NCBI RefSeq assembly: GCF_018350175.1
Contig: NC_058379.1
Coordinates: 29,760,001-29,824,000, forward strand
Length of the DNA: 64,000 nt
Direction: 5' to 3'
Origin: Felis catus
Taxonomy: Eukaryota
Below the pieces are notes generated by a model. It made no database searches. It was not told where the DNA came from and worked only from the letters and a program-made list of their open reading frames with translations. Positions 25,601 to 39,000 of this stretch are shown piece by piece (the stretch's first letter is position 1; each line of letters opens with the position of its first letter). The translations under genes were made by a program, and so were the position numbers.

Positions 25601-28600
25601 CAAAACCAAAGGCCTCATGGTCTGTGCTGTTACTGCAGAGACCCAGGACATGGGGGAAAAGATTGTTACAAAGTGAAGTGTTCCAGATGCCTTCAGCCCT
25701 CTAGTCAGCTTCTCCAATGTCCTAATTCCCAAGGATAGGGCTCTGCCCAATCCTCCTTCTTAATTGTCTCAGAGAAACAATGCTCCAGATTGGCAATAAA
25801 TCTCTCTGTTGTTATTTTAATTTAAGGTTATTTATTTTGAGAGAGAGAGGCAGAGAGGGGCAGAGAGAGAGGATCCCAAGCATGCTCCACACTGTCAGCA
25901 CAGAGCCCGATGCAGGGCTCGATCTCATGAACCATAAGGTCATGACCTGAGCCAAAACCAAGAGTTGGACGCTTTACCGACTGGGCCACCCAAGTGCCCC
26001 TCTCTGTCATTGTTGACCCTGGAGCTACACTCTTGGTACTCAACCCCACTGCTGTAAAGCAGCCTCTTCCTCAGAGTACTAAAGCAGCTCAAATACTAGG
26101 GGGCTCTAATAAATCTCTAAAGGTTCCTGTCTCAAAACCTATCCCCTTTTGCTAAGGTGCTTTGAGAGATACCCACTCTTTTCTTCTTAGTTCCTCTGCT
26201 CGTAATCATTTTGGGGGCTGAGATTTCTTTTTTAGGGAACGGGGGGGGACAAGATTTATTAGGAAATATCAAAGGGGAGAACTAGTTCTAGAATTTGACA
26301 ATGGTAATAAAAAAAGCCAACCAGGTCAATTAAATGACACTTTGACATCCTTCATTTTCTCTATCTTGGATGGCATGACAGCAGAGTCTGGGGACACTGA
26401 AAATGTGTCCCTATTGAATCACTTACCATCCCCTTTAAGGGCAAAATCTCCACAGTGAACTTCTTTCAACATTCAAATAGATCCCTGAAACCTCTCCCCC
26501 AAATTAGTCAATACCCTATAAATAAAGAACCCTTCAAGGCATCAAGCCCATAACAGAAGATTGTAAGGCTCAGGACCTCATTATCCCTTGTTCTAGTCCC
26601 TGAAATACACTTATTTTACCTGTGAGGAAGCCCATTGGTGGAGACAGAGGTTTGTCCAGGGCATCTGAGCAATGAATAACATTGTTATCCCTTAGCACCC
26701 TGTCTTCCTAACCCCCCACCTGCTAACTGGCATCTGTTCGCCCCGAAAGCCAAGTTTTTCACTGTAATTGATCTGTGCAGTGTGTTTTCAGTAATCCAGT
26801 TGATAGAAATAGCCAATATCTTTTTGCTTTCACTTGGGAAGAACGGTAATACACCCAGACAGTGATGCCCCAGGGTTTCACAGAGAATCCTTACTTTTCA
26901 CAAATCTCAAAAGCTGATTTGGATGACAGAATGTTTTCTGCAGGCTCTACTTTGTTGTAACACACAGATGATTTGCTTCTCTGCTCCCTTTCCCAAACCT
27001 CTTCACAGGAAAACAATATCTACCTGTTAAAACTTTTGGCCCTAGAGGGCCATAAAGTCCTCAAAGAAAAATTGCAGTTCACTCCAACTCAGATTTGATA
27101 CCTAGAGCACCTGATCTTGGAACAGGGACTACATTTGGATCTAGGTAGGCTTTGTGGCAGCCTGAAATCTGAAATTCCCCAAACCTAACACTAAGTGCCA
27201 GTTATGAGGTTTTCTTGGACTGCCTGTCTACTGTTGAAATTGGACTCAAAACTTCTCTTTTCTGGCTCAACCTCTAAATGCTTTACTAAGAAATGACAAA
27301 CCTGGCCTTCTTATTTAGAAAAATTGGGACAACATAGTTTGGGAGACAAAAACCCCCATTCTTGGGCACCCTAATTATTGCCTTCCCTTTTTTCCCTTTT
27401 ATGTGAGAGGGAAGGGAATACCTTTGGAGTACTTGCCTAAAAACATGGAGACAATCATTAGCCCATAAGGTACCCTAGCCAACAACTGGACCCTGTGGCA
27501 TGGGGATATCCCCCATTGCCCCAGAGCTATTCCTGCCACTGCCCTTTCGGCTAAGACTACTGAAGAGGTAATTGTGAGGTCCCCTTTAATCATCCCTGTG
27601 CCTCATGCAGTAGAAGCCCTCCTAAATTCTCATCAGTCAATACTCTTCAGCCAGCTGCCTCACCTCCTAGGGGATCCTCTTGCAGCCTGCTCCCCCTAGA
27701 ACTCCTTCTTGCTGCAGTAACCTTAACCTGGCTATTGTTCCTCCTTCATGGACAAGACCCCTTGTAACAGCTTAACACTGACAGATCACCTTTTGACTCC
27801 CCATGACAGTTTGTTAGCAATTCCTTTAAATTTTTGTTTACGTTTTTATTTATTTTTGAGACAGAGAGAGACATAGCATGAACAGGGGAGGGTCAGAGAG
27901 AGGGAGACACAGAATCCAAACAGGCTCCAGGCTCTGAGCTGTCAGCACAGAGCCCGATGTGGGGCTCGAACTCATGGACTGTGAGATCATGACCTGAGCC
28001 AAAGTCGGACGCCCAACCGACTGAGCCACCCAGGCGCTCCTGTTAGCAATTCCTTTAACCACTGCATATTTTCCAGGGTTTACCGATGGGTTTCATAGAA
28101 GTATGAAAGTATTAATTAATTAATTAATTGATTGATTAATTAATATAAATAAAATAAAGTATGAAAATAGTAAATATTGTGCTGGGTATGCTATTGCAAC
28201 TCCTTCTGAACTTGAGACCACACCTTTACCTTTAGCTACTTCCTCAACAGGCTGAGATTTACCCCCTTACTCAAGCTTGTATCTTACCAATGGTGAACTG
28301 CAAATGTTTATACCCATATTTCGTATGCCTTTTGGGTCACTCATGACTTTGGAATGTTATGGAAACAGCAACGTTATGTAAGGTTTCCTTACCTCTAATG
28401 GGGATAAAATCTAAAGTGGCTCCTGTGTCAAAAATTTATCAGATGCCATACACATGGCTGGTAGTTCTCGTTATTGTTAACGTACCTGGGCATTCCAGAC
28501 TGGACTCCCTGGAAGCCAAAGTAAATCACCTTGCTGATATTTCTGGCAAAAATGATGCTGTTAAAAAAACAATGACTAAACCTTTCTCATGGTCCAAAGA

Positions 28601-31600
28601 GATGTTCTCCCAAATGATCATTTGGAAAAATTGACACCCAACAATTGGCCCCAGAAAAGGAAAACCAATATTGGAAATCTAATAGTTGTTGGTTTGGGGG
28701 GCCTGGGTGGCTCAATTGGTTAAGTGTCCAGCTCTTGATTTTGGCTCAGGTCATGTTACCAGGGTAGTGGGACTGAGCCCTACATCAGCCTCCACGCTGA
28801 GCATGGAGCTTACTTAAGATTCTCTCTCTCTGGGCCCCTGGGTGGCTCAGTCGGTTAAGCGTCTGACTTTGGCTCAGGTCATGATATCATGGTTCAGGAG
28901 TTTGAGCCCCACATCAGGGTCTCTGCTAGCAGCATAGAGCCTGCCTCAGATCTTCTGTCTCCCACTCTCTCTGCCCCTCCTGCATGCACATGCACGGTCT
29001 CTCTCTCTCAAAAATATATAAACATTAAAAAAAAAAGATTCTCTCCCTTTGCCCCTCTACCCCACTCATGTATTCTCTCCCTCGCTCTAAAATAATTAAT
29101 TAATTGTTGTTGTTGGTTTGATAAAAAGAGAGAACTCTGATTTATCAGGATGATAAATAACAATTTGGCCTTTTCAGAAATTCTAGATTTCCCACTACCT
29201 ACCACTGCACATGCATTAAAACATTGGTGCACTGACAAAATTATGGCATTCGTGAACCAATATTGGTGGGGAAATATTAATTAGGCTGCAAAAAATGTCT
29301 ACCTCACTTGTCCCAACTGTCCAAAGTACAGTCCAGGGAACCTTGTTTAAACTGTTCCCAGACACTTTAAACTGCCCACTGGATCATTTGAAGTTTGGCA
29401 AATAGATTTCATACAGCTTTTCTGGTCTCACGGATATAAATGTGTTTTAGTCATGGTTTGTAGGATTTCTCACCAGGCCAAAGTTTCCCATTGTAGACAG
29501 ACCATTGCTGCTTCTACAGCTAAAATTCTGTTAGAAAATATTATCCCTACCTGTGGAACCCCTTTAGAATTTCATAATAATCAGGGAACCCATTTTGCTG
29601 ATTGATTTGCTTCAGCAAGTGTATTTGGCCAATTATACAACACTTCCATTGTACATATCAACCTCAATCCTCAGGATAGTTGAACATACTAATGGCACTA
29701 TTAAGACACGACTGGCAAAAGTTGTAGAGACCCTACAAATATATGGCTGAAAGCATTGCAATAAGTCCTTCTACATCTCAGATCTATCCTCTTTGGAATT
29801 TGGAGACTCTCACCCTTTGAGAGGGTCACAAGACCTCAAATGCACTTGGCCCCTCCCTCCTTTGACCCACAATTGAAGGAGATATATTTCAATATTGTAA
29901 AGGTTTAGTTGCTTCTATTAAAAATAACCATGCTTCAGTAGAGCAGTCTTTTTACCGTGTACTCCCAGGAGATTAAGACCTTAAGCATCACGCCTTGCAA
30001 TCTGGAGATATTGTCTATTGGAAAAGATACCTTCAGAAAGACTCCCTTCAACCTTGCTGGAAAGGTCCTTAAAAGGGGCTGCTAACCAACCCTTGTGCTG
30101 CCAAACTCCAGGGAACAGATTCTTGGATTCACGTAACACGTGTAAAGAAAGTACCAAAATCTCACTGGACCTGTACAGCATCTGGTGACCTGGAACTGAA
30201 GCAGACGACATCTGACACTTTCCCTTTCCCAAGATGTCCAGACAAGGCCTGTTAGAAGGCTCAAGATTAACAGAAGATTGTGCTTTTCATCTGGACCATT
30301 GAATAACTCTGGATTCTTACCCAAGTTCATGGTTTCTGAATTTATTAGACTGTATCATGGATAATACATTCAGTTCCATTTTGAGATAACAGTGCTGTTT
30401 TAAAATGTCTTTAAGGTTTTGCTGTTTTGCAAAAAGTTCATCAGCTATTGCTTCATGTTTAGACCTGCACTACATTGTCCCCAATGCACTTGGTTAATTC
30501 TGTAAGTGTGCTTTTGCAGTGTTCATTATTCTGTTTTCATGACTGCTTTAAAGTGGGGAATTCCAGGAGGCATACATGACTCCGGGTTTGCCTCCACAAG
30601 GAGAACTTTTCTCCCCTAAGTTAGAATAAGTGCCAAGAAATATTTTCAGTTGGCTGTCTTCATACCTAGGGTTCTGAAACCCTAGGATCATCATGCAATT
30701 TGGATGGAGATGATCTCCAGTGTTTACGATCTTGATAAATACGGACTATAGTTGGGAAGTGCCTGAGAGTTTTCCTGCTCCACCTCCTTGTTACTTGAAC
30801 ATGACCTCAGTAGATTTCCAATTTGTACAACTTCTCTACATTGTGACACATGACACCCAGGAAAGGTCCTGGCACTGAGGAACAAAAGACCACTGAAAAC
30901 CTGACTCTCAGGGCACCTGGGTGGCTCAGCCAGTTGAGCATCTGACTTCAGTTCAGGCCACTATCTCAGGGCTCTTGGGTTCGAGCCCTATGTTGGGCTT
31001 TGCCCTGATGGCATGTAGACTGCTTCAGATTCTCTGTCTCCATCTCTCTCTGCCCCTTCCCTGCTCATGCTCTCTCTATCAAAAATAAACATTTTTTAAA
31101 AATTAAAAGCAGACATGGCTCTTGATCAGCAATGCTTTCAGAGAAAGATCTTCATCAAAAAGACAAAATGTGAAAATTAATAAAGGGCAAACCTCACTGA
31201 GTTGGAGTCGGGAAGCCAGAAGAGGGAAGCTCTCATGCCATACCAAGACTCAAAAGTTATAGATTACTTTTGAGTAATTCTTCTACAAAAGAAGAATCCT
31301 CAATAGGAAAGAATCAATTACAGGCTCACAGGAAAAGAGGAACATTGCATCTCCTACAAAAAATTGACTACTCCAGCAACTCAGGCAGTGAGAAATGGCC
31401 ATCACCCAGAACTCTTGCCTTTCTCCAATGGACTTTAATTTATCTTTTAAATAGAAGTTCTATTTCTTTAAAAGTTTATTTATTTTGAGAGGGAGAGACT
31501 GGGGAGGGTCAGAGAGATAAGGAGAGAGAGAATCCCAAGCAGGCTCTGCACCATCAGCACAGAGCCCAACACGGGGCTCGAACTCATGAACCGTGAGATC

Positions 31601-31856
31601 ATGACCTGAGCCAAAGTCAAGAGTCAGACACTCAACTGACAGAGCCACCAGGTGCCCCTCCAATGGACTTTCATTTAAAATAGTCCCTCCCAACTTCCTC
31701 TCTTTCTTTTCAATAATATAATGTTCCTCTGCTTTGTTTGCTGGACCAGCCAATGATTTTTGCCGGAGCTTACTTGTCACAGATTGCAATTCCGCTATGA
31801 GTAATCCTATCTTTTGCTGGTAAAATAATGGTGGCTGCCTATTTTTAAGGTCAACA
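22657..31856 (+). mobile_element. Decayed class I (gammaretrovirus-like) ERV provirus: LTR-PBS-gag-pro-pol-LTR, env largely missing
   Basis: LTRs 22657-23065 and 31169-31856, both TGTGAAAATTAATAAAGGG...TTTTAAGGTCAACA. tRNA-Leu-like PBS TGGAGATCAGAAGTAGGAT 23071-89. gag start MGSQPSK at 24100; CCHC knuckle CCYCRDPGHGGKDC 25625-66; protease VDPGAT ~26012; RT VMPQGF 26862 and HTDDLL 26961; IN WQIDFIQL 29396 and WKGP 30058. TSD AGTT/AATT. Many stops and frameshifts. Confidence 0.92.
28696..29100 (+). mobile_element. Nested SINEC-in-SINEC inside the ERV pol region
   Basis: The outer copy is interrupted at ~28830 by a second copy, flanked by repeated AAGATTCTCTC. Confidence 0.75.
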
Positions 31857-32580
31857 AATTAAAGTAGTAAAAACAGGTTTTATTCAGGGACTATTGGAAT
31901 AGGAGGAAAGAGACCTCAGTATAGAACCAGGCTCATTTCAAATACAGCATGGGCAGGTGGGGATTTGTTGCCAAGGCAAAAGGCAAGGGGCAGTGGATAG
32001 AAGATTACTAAGAGGGGACACCATGGTAAGGGAGATTCTGGCTAACCCGACCTAACAGGATTCTTTACTGAAGACAGGCCAGGGTGATCAGACCTTACCT
32101 GGGGGATGGCAGAGGAAGAGGAACCCAATCAGAATTGAGGGTGGGGGGGGCGCCTGGGTGGCGCAGTCGGTTAAGCGTCCGACTTCAGCCAGGTCACGAT
32201 CTCGCGGTCCGTGAGTTCGAGCCCCGCGTCAGGCTCTGGGCTGATGGCTCAGAGCCTGGAGCCTGTTTCCGATTCTGTGTCTCCCACTCTCTCTGCCCCT
32301 CCCCCGTTCATGCTCTCTCTCTGTCCCCAAAATAAAATAAAACGTTGAAAAAAATTAAAAAAAAAAAAAAGAGAGACGCAGGTGAGTTCCAAAGAAGGAA
32401 AATGATTCACCTGTAGTCTTTAAAAAAAAAAAAAAAAGAATTGAGGGTGGGGGGATTCTGGTTAGATGGACTTCAGAGAGTTCTTGCTAAAATCAGATAA
32501 TAGAAGGAAGTGCACAGATGAGCCTAGGAGAAGGTTCAGGAGCCTGACTGCAGTTCCATCCAGCAAAGAGTCTTTGTCAA
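31857..32580 (-). mobile_element. Older ERV1 solo LTR (MER31/MER67-like) split by the provirus; the remaining ~30 bp lie at 22628-22656
   Basis: Minus strand begins TGACAAAGACTCTTTGC...CAGGCTCCTGAACCTTCTCCTAGG. AATAAA near 31881. The 3' end continues on the far side of the provirus (…CTCTGGTTTTTCTTTGA). Confidence 0.7.
32147..32437 (+). mobile_element. Young SINEC with an extra 51-nt segment and a second A-tail
   Basis: TSD AGAATTGAGGGTGGGG at 32131 and 32437 encloses SINE + A-tail + 32371-32421 + A16. Confidence 0.88.
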
Positions 32581-33956
32581 GATTCACACACCCATTTGAT
32601 ATCCTGTAACTTAGATACTGAAATAGAAGATTACCCACTATTAATACATCTAGTGTTAGATTGTATGGAAATGGGGGGGATGTTATTATAAATGCATGTA
32701 GATGTAGGGGTGCCTGTCTGGCTCAGTTGGTGGAGCATGTGACTCCTGATCTCAGGGTTGTGGGTTTAAGCCCCATATTGGGTGTAGAGAGAACTTAAAA
32801 ATAAAATTCTAGGGGTATCTGGGTGGCTCAGTTGGTTAAGTGTCTTGATTTAGGCTCAGGTCATGATCTCACAGTTGGGAGATTGAGCCCTGAGTCGGGT
32901 TCTGCACTGAACAATGAGTCTGTTTAAGATTATCTCTCTCCCTCTCCTTCGTCCCCGTCCCCACTTGCACCCGTGTTGGGTTCTGTGCTAACAGTGTGAA
33001 GCCTGCTTGGGATTCTTTCACTCCCTCTCTCTCTGCCCCTCCCTTGCTCGTGCTCTCTTAATTTCAAATTAAATATTAAAAAAATTGTTTTTAATCTTAA
33101 AATAGATATTCACATAGAAACAAGAAAGACATGCCAGTAAGTACTAACCTACTTACTTGGTTAGAGCTGGTGTTTATTGTTCCCACTGCCCATTCTGTAT
33201 TCCCTTTGCCCTCAGCAAGCACCTCAGCTGGTCAGGGTTACTTGTCCAGTGGGGTAACCCAAATCTCCATTCTTGAGGGTCTAGGACATGAGCACTCCTG
33301 CTTGAAGGAGTCGGGAGTAGTTGGCATTAACTGTCATCATGGGATGAAGGTACCCTGAGGTCCTCAGAGTTCCAGACACATTCCTTCCAGCCCCCAATAC
33401 CTGACAGTCAGACCAATCACCCGTGCCCAATTGTTCACTGGTATGAGATGCCCACAGTGGCCAAGGGGGTGGCCTCTTGTGTGCTTGGAAGAAGCCTGCT
33501 TCTCTTGGGAACGAAAACTTCTAAACTAGTAGAGCCCAAAGTTGGGCTGACATTCTTGCTGGTGGTGTCCCAGGCTGGTGAACCTTGGTGAGGGGGGGTA
33601 AGCGGCACCTCAAACTGGTTTTCTGGTTACGTTTCTGGTTACTAGCATCACTGTGTTGTATTCCAAGAACATCATTTGTACTTCAGCCCTTTGACATCTG
33701 CCAATTCTGTTCTTTATAGCCCAGCATGTATGCACTTTTTGTTTTGTGTGCCTTGGAAAGAATGTGTGTTCTGCACTCAGCATGCGCTGCTCCATGGATG
33801 ACTAGGAGGTTAACTGTCTTGTTCAAGTATTCTCTAGCCTTTTCCATTCACAGCACACTTGTTCTGTTAGTTCCTGGCAGGGATGTGTAAAAATCTGGTA
33901 GCACCCATGCATCCGGTAGGAGTCCCCAAGCTTGGCTTCCTGTGGAGATGGAGGTT

Positions 33957-34079
33957 GGATGTCCAGCAGCTGCCTCCCCTCTGGCTTCAGACCCGCAGAA
34001 TGGCTGAAGCAAAGGTGAGAAGGAGATGCTGGATCTGCTCCTGTGGAGAGGCCAGAGGGGAGGCAGCTGCTGGGCATCC
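33957..34079. repeat. 29-bp inverted repeat with a 65-nt spacer
   Basis: GGATGTCCAGCAGCTGCCTCCCCTCTGGC (33957-85) versus GCCAGAGGGGAGGCAGCTGCTGGGCATCC (34051-79); 28/29 complementary. Confidence 0.9.
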
Positions 34080-34468
34080 CATAGGCTGGTGTGCACCCCA
34101 CAGGTAGGTGGGGTCCTGTTTCTCTGATATCTGCCAGGCAGACTCCCAGCACCCCCTGGTGACCTCTTGCTTCATGTCAGATACTTAGCCCTGGAATGCA
34201 CTGAGGTCTCAGACAAGGAGACCTTGTCTGCTGCTGCCCTGGACAGTTCTCCTCTGTCTCTATGGATTGGCTGGTCTCTTTGTCTCCCTCCCTGTCACTC
34301 TCCTGCTGCAGGTACTATGGGGAAACAGGCTCCTGCCAGCATTCTCCCCTTCAGTGCCTGAGAACACAAAATGCCAAGGACTTCTGTTGTCATCTTGGAA
34401 CTGATTCCAGGCTCTCCCTGCTTCACTCTTCTATGAACTAGCCTTCCCTTGAAATTCAGGCTGGGCCC

Positions 34469-34710
34469 TGGGGCGCCTGGATGGCGCAGTCGGTTAAGCG
34501 TCCGACTTCAGCCAGGTCACGATCTCGCGGTCCGTGAGTTCGAGCCCCGCGTCGGGCTCTGGGCTGATGGCTCAGAGCCTGGAGCCTGTTTCCGATTCTG
34601 TGTCTCCCTCTCTCTCTGCCCCTCCCCCATTCATGCTCTGTCTCTCTCTATCCCAAAAATAAATAAACGTTAAAAAAAAAATTAAAAAAAAAAAAAAGAA
34701 AGAAAAAGAA
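34469..34710 (+). mobile_element. Young feline SINEC
   Basis: TSD GAAATTCAGGCTGGGCCCT. Confidence 0.9.
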
Positions 34711-37436
34711 ATTCAGGCTGGGCCCTGGCTCCATCATAGTGGGAAGAAACCAAGGACCAGGTGAGATTCAGTCACTGTGAGAGTCTGAGATTTGGTTGTC
34801 CGTCCTGGTCAGGGGCTAGGCTGTGGAGGGTGAGGGCTCAGTCAAAACCATAGTTAGGGTGCTTGCAAAGTCATTTTTAGGAGGACTGTAAATATGCCAG
34901 GTGTTGAGATGATGTGAAAGTGTCATAGTGTGACATAAAGGAGAATAGTCACCCTATCTTGGACCCACTCTATCTTCTCATTCTCCACTAACCAGAGTGC
35001 TGGCCCTGACCCTAAACTTGGTCTTCCTCCCTGGTCCAGCTGCACTTGACACCTAGAATACAGCACAGGGCTGGGGAAGGTTGTGTGGGGGAGGGGAGCC
35101 TGGCCTTCTCAGAATAGCTAATCCTGGAGAAGGATGCCCCATCTTCAGCCCATGCTCTTTCCATGGGTGGGAGATGGGTGTACCCTTAGGGACACCCTTC
35201 CGCCAGAGGAAGGCATGTTCCAGAACATAGGGGTTCAGTGTGGCTGGAGCATGGAGGGCCTGGGTGAGGAGGAGGGTGTCACATCAGGAAGGGCCTACAG
35301 GCTGGCCTCAAAACTTAGGCTGACAGAAACCAACAGGGGTGTTTGAGGAAGGTAGTGACCCCATCAGAGAGTAGAATGCTTACTCTGACTGCCAAGGGGA
35401 GAAAGCCAGGAGGGGAAGTCTGGCCAGTGGTAGGAGGCCAGGGAGGGGGTGGTGCAGCAGGCCAGCAGTGGATGGCAGCAGCCCAAGGTGGGAGCAAATG
35501 ACAGGAAGAGGTGGCATCAAGAGATACTAAGGGCAAGACTTGGGGGTGGGGGGGGGTGGTGGAAATCAGTGAATGAGAAGGCACAGCAGGAAGTGGTTTC
35601 TAGCTCTTGGCTTGAAATCAGTCTGGAGAAAAGAACAGGTGATAGAGAGAGGGTTGAAAAGCATTCTTGACATGCAGAACAGGCAGGAGTAAGTCTCTTG
35701 TGCACATAGCACTTGCTCCACAGCGCAGTGTGGGACCCGGTGGCAGGTTCCTCCCCTACAGGGCTGTCAGATAGAAAGGAAGATGGGCAGAGAGGCCCCT
35801 GTTGGAGACCTCCAGGATGGGCTATCAGAAAGGAAAGACCTTGGGCTTTATTTATAAGACCAGATAAAACCTCACTAGCCTCCAAGAAGGCAACTAACTC
35901 TACCCCCTTTTCACTCCCACCATGAACCCAGGATAGCTCTTCACTTTTGGGGGTGCCTGTGGTCCTGGGAGACCTATCCAGAACCACACAAGGTGCCACT
36001 TCCTTTTTCTTGAAGATGAGGCAACATGAAGGCTACATAAGGAGCACATTGTTACTTGGCTGCTTGTGACTCCTCTCATTTCTGGTGTGGACCTGGAAGA
36101 CCTAAGTGAGGTGCAGGGAGCAGAAAGAGTAGTGCATCCAGTTATCTCTGGGGAAGAGAAGAGTTAGCCTGGCTAAGGGTGGTGGCAAAAGGAAGACACT
36201 TCACTTGGGGAGCTCTTGTAAGAGCCTTTCACAGGTTTGCAGGTTGTCACCAGGTGCTCTGGACCTCAGAGGGAGGACACCCCCCAAGGGGGAGGCCACA
36301 GACACTGGAGGTCTTCAGCATGTGCCCCCCACCAGCATTCGGAGGACTGTGCAATTGTATGGCCTGTACTACAGGAGGGATGGTCCATGTCCTGACACCC
36401 CAATTCCACACTCACCAGGCAACCTTCTGATGCAGTTTCCTGGGCTATTAGATACTGAAGATGGGGTTCTCCATCCAAAAAGGGCTTCTCTTTTCCTACC
36501 CCCAGTAAATCTGTGCATCAACATTCTGGCAAATATATATATTCACCTTGTGTAATGTTGGCAAATGTCAACTTGCCCCTCAAGGGCTGAGCAACTCAGC
36601 AACTTGCCCCTCAAAGGCTGAGCAACTCAGCACACTGAGAGTATATGGTTTTCACTTCGGCTGGTGGTGACTAAACCACTCTTCACCTTGGAGAAGTCCT
36701 GGAAACAAGTAACCAAGGCTCCTGCATAACATCCGGAATTGTTCTTCCCTATGGCTGCCAGGTAGATCTAACACTAATTCGCCACACCTTTGGTAAGTCA
36801 TTGGCATCAGTTTCCCCATCTGCCAAGAGGAGTGGCCAGACCGACCATATTCTTGATCCTTTGCAATTATGACAGTGCTTTTCTCCCACCATGGAGAGGG
36901 GGAAAGGGAAGGCTGACAGGGAACCCACCTGGGACAGACGGGTGATGGGGATGGAGGTTATGAGATCAAATTACCATACAGGTTCACTCAGGGAGCATGG
37001 GACGGATCTGTGATGTCTAATTCTCGCTATATCTGGCAATATTTTCTAAAAAGCAAAGCACCTAGGTTATGTTGAAAGAACGCTGGGAGAATTAAAGAAA
37101 TCTTTCAAAACACTAATAGTATAAGAATCTTCTACGCCCCCAGTTTGCCATGAAGGTTTGTATTTCTTACTCCTCTGAGCTCCACAAGGCTGTGAGGTGG
37201 CCTCATTCCTCCGTGTTACAGCCAAAAACACTGAAGCCAGAGGTAGTTAGAGTGGGTTCAGGACAGAGCCTGGCACTGACGAAGACAGGGAGGAGCAGGT
37301 GTGCCCAATGGTGGAGCCTCTAGCCTACCCAGAGATGATACTCCACACATGGTTAATAACTCCTAGAGATAAGAGATTAAAAGACATGGCCTTTCTGGGT
37401 TAAATATGTTAATATATGTTAAAATATAAATATGAA

Positions 37437-37665
37437 GGGGCGCCTGGGTGGCGCAGTCGGTTAAGCGTCCGACTTCAGCCAGGTCACGATCTCGCGGTCC
37501 GTGAGTTCGAGCCCCGCGTCAGGCTCTGGGCTGATGGCTCGGAGCCTGGAGCCTGTTTCCTATTCTGTGTCTCCCTCTCTCTCTGCCCCTCCCCCGTTCA
37601 TGCTCTGTCTCTCTCTGTCCCAAAAATAAATAAAAACGTTGAAAAAAAATTTAATAAAAAAATAT
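37437..37665 (+). mobile_element. Young feline SINEC
   Basis: TSD AAAATATAAATATGAAG. Confidence 0.9.
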
Positions 37666-37679
37666 AAATATGAAGATAA

Positions 37680-39000
37680 TTTATACCTTACTCTAAATGA
37701 TAATGACATGAGAACTTCTTACATAAAAAGAAAAAGAATTATAGAATCAGAAAACAAAATCCAACACTTTGCTGTTTATAAGCTATACAGCAAAGCACAT
37801 ACACAAATTTTAAAAATAAAATGCTGAGCTAAATAAACTCATGCAAATGCAAAGTGAAAAAAGCCAGGGTCTTCAATTATGATATCTGAAAAAGAGAAAT
37901 TTCAGCTAGAAGCCTTAAGAAAGGCAAGGAGGGTACTAAAAGGCACAATTTTTCAATATATTACTGTTCAATATATATGTTCCAAATATCATGGTACTTA
38001 CTTAGTGATACCCTGCCTACTTCTCAAAAAGGATTGGAGAGAACTGTACATCTAATATTACAAGGACATACATAAAATAGAAACAAAGTGAAACAGAAAT
38101 AGGTAGGGTAAGAAACACATCAGACCATGATTTGACCAGGCCAATGAGTGTTCTTAACTATTTTGGGGTCACAGAGCCTTTCCAAAATGTCATGAATGCT
38201 ACAGATACCCCACCCCACGCCCAGCCCCAAGCAATTCATTCATGGACATAACCACACAGCTTTGTTTGATCCCTCTACACAACCTCCAAAATAGATCTGC
38301 ATGCTCATGGACTCCTAGGCAATCTGCAGACCCCAGGTTAAGAACTTGTAAAGTAAGCAACAGAGAAGGTGTGAATTTGAATACAGTAATTTAAAAACTG
38401 AGTTCACAAATAGAAGTGATAGAGTAAAAATACATTTCTTGAGAGTACACAAATGCTTTATAAAAATGGATCATATATTCAGGCCCAGAAAAGTTCTATG
38501 GACACTTAGAAATGTTGACACCACAGTACAGTAAGATGACAGCAATGACCTATGCATTCATTATGTGGAAATATAAAAAATAACACTTGGGCCAAAAGGA
38601 GATTCCTAATAACAAAAAATAGCACATGTCAAAGTGACAGAAGACAGAAAAAGCTCTGAGAAAAAAGTCGTAGACCAAAGTAACTACTTTTACTAGAAAC
38701 ATTAAAAATACAATTAACTGTATCTAAATAATTAATCTTAGAAATGTGAAGTATTGAGTCAAAAAAAAAGAGAGAGAGAGATGGCATACATACAGTTGGA
38801 CAAAACAATTCGATTAGTAAACAAAACCAAGAGTTGGAGCTTTACAAGACTCAACGTCTGTCATAAGAAGAAAAAAAGTAAGACAACCAAACAAAAATGA
38901 CAAGTAAATTCAAGGGCGATTAAAATATTACCAGGATGTTCTATTACACTGTTCAAGAACCTAAATAAAATGAAGGATTTGAAAACACATAAAATGGTGA
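37680..39000 (+). mobile_element. Highly diverged L1 ORF2 remnant containing a hAT-type MITE (~38150-38345)
   Basis: A-rich L1-like sequence; inverted termini GTTCTTAAC (38150-58) and GTTAAGAAC (38337-45). Confidence 0.5.

Noticed and set aside
30200-31168. Possible captured env gene in the provirus
   Set aside because: Under 1 kb including a SINE, with no long ORF and no recognisable furin site or CX6CC motif.
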